A stretch of 64,000 nt of DNA, from NCBI GenBank assembly GCA_041661005.1, contig JBAZVG010000001.1:543515-607514 (forward strand), written 5' to 3'. How positions within the stretch are numbered: position 1 is the stretch's first letter; each line of letters starts with the position of its first letter. The position numbers were made by a program, and so were the translations under genes. Of this stretch, positions 63,509-64,000 are shown one piece after another. This DNA is from Minisyncoccota bacterium. Its GTDB lineage: Bacteria > Patescibacteriota > Minisyncoccia > Phycocordibacterales > UBA9973. Under the pieces are notes generated by a model. The model made no database searches, was not told the origin of the DNA, and was given only the letters and a program-made list of their open reading frames with translations.

Positions 63509-63991
63509 TTAGATGCCCGTGTTGCCATAATAAGGACAATATAAAGATCCTGAAGAATGAAACATACCGCATCTGGGACAACTACCTAAGGATACACCTG
63601 ATGCAGTTGTGGTATTAACTCCAGTAACTGTTAGTGGAGACGTCCCAGTTATACTGGAATAAAAACCAGGTTGATAAATTGGGGTAGATATAGTATATGC
63701 TCCAATTGTAGCTTCGTCTTTTTTGAGACTATCTATGGCTTTTTGTATTTCTTTTTTATTGGCTGCTGTAGCTGAACTTAAAGCTTTTTCCTGTTCAATA
63801 ATAAGAATTTGTAATTTCTTTTTAGCCTCGTCTCGTCCCTTTTTAGAAAGTTCTTCGAACCTAGTTATACTTTCTTTGGAAATTTTTTCTTGTGACTCTA
63901 AAAATTCCCTAAATTTTTTCTTCTGTTCATCGCTGTTTTTCCAGAGTGCGTAACCTACAAGAATTGCAACTATGGCAATAATTACTGACAA
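63509..63991 (-). CDS. Hypothetical membrane-anchored protein
   Basis: 160 aa with an N-terminal TM and a coiled-coil. A C-terminal CPRCG...CPYYG Cys pair could bind metal. Confidence 0.45.
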   Translation of the reverse strand: MSVIIAIVAILVGYALWKNSDEQKKKFREFLESQEKISKESITRFEELSKKGRDEAKKKLQILIIEQEKALSSATAANKKEIQKAIDSLKKDEATIGAYTISTPIYQPGFYSSITGTSPLTVTGVNTTTASGVSLGSCPRCGMFHSSGSLYCPYYGNTGI

Positions 63992-64000
63992 AATACCAAC

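Noticed and set aside
1-64000. CRISPR array, rRNA genes, transposase or integrase genes
   Set aside because: No run of regularly spaced identical direct repeats was seen. The three repeat families are dispersed single hairpin elements, not arrays. No rRNA-like segments were seen. No ORF resembles a transposase, a tyrosine or serine recombinase, or a Cas protein.

Overview
This window reads as a compact, AT-rich (~37% GC) bacterial chromosome segment. Almost all genes lie on the minus strand. Gene content and several lineage-typical traits are consistent with a CPR/Patescibacteria-like (possibly Parcubacteria-like) organism. That placement is inference only.

Core content (minus strand unless noted):
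- Partial spc operon: rplE-rplX-rplN-rpsQ-rpmC-rplP.
- S10 operon: rpsJ-rplC-rplD-rplW-rplB // rpsS-rplV-rpsC. The operon is interrupted by a 460-nt non-coding insert between rplB and rpsS.
- tuf directly upstream of rpsJ.
- str genes rpsL-rpsG-fusA, separated from tuf by ~11 kb. That segment holds a complete seven-gene pyrimidine de novo operon (pyrC-carA-carB-pyrB-pyrD-pyrE-pyrF) and a ParD/RelE-type toxin-antitoxin pair.
- secE-nusG-rplK, then a VUT-family transporter, a CofE-like gamma-glutamyl ligase and a RimK/CofF-like ATP-grasp ligase where rplA is normally found. rplJ-rplL sit elsewhere; rplA and rpoBC are not in the window.
- A thymidylate cluster: dCMP deaminase, a small MazG-like NTP pyrophosphatase, and a tandem-domain ThyX-like protein on the plus strand.
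- Other recognisable genes: rpmB, a DEAD-box helicase, an M50 protease, murB, tsaC, a SIMPL-domain protein, a DUF1003 protein, a P-type ATPase, rplS, an RluA-family pseudouridine synthase, pilM-pilN-pilO, ruvX, an HD hydrolase, rny, hup, lexA with a Cheo-type LexA box, an EEP-family nuclease, a Nudix hydrolase, a 1.24-kaa surface protein with a peptidoglycan-binding domain, and several membrane or Cys-rich hypotheticals.

RNA genes: tRNA-Arg(TCT) and tRNA-Val(TAC) (minus), tRNA-Ser(TGA) (plus), and an atypical tRNA-Leu(GAG)-like gene (minus).

Mobile or foreign elements:
- A LAGLIDADG homing endonuclease gene next to the tRNA-Leu-like gene.
- A GIY-YIG nuclease gene between a tRNA-like 5' fragment and tRNA-Ser.
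- A ~2-kb GC-richer island abutting the tRNA-Arg/tRNA-Val pair.
- A GC-richer orphan gene at 55.2 kb.

Most notable: at least three apparently undescribed families of structured, imperfectly palindromic intergenic repeats (70-100 nt) whose variable interiors preserve base pairing. A further GC-rich mini-palindrome sits in frame inside murB and the helicase gene, and a different GC-rich palindrome is inserted in frame in carB. No CRISPR array, rRNA gene or classical transposase was seen.
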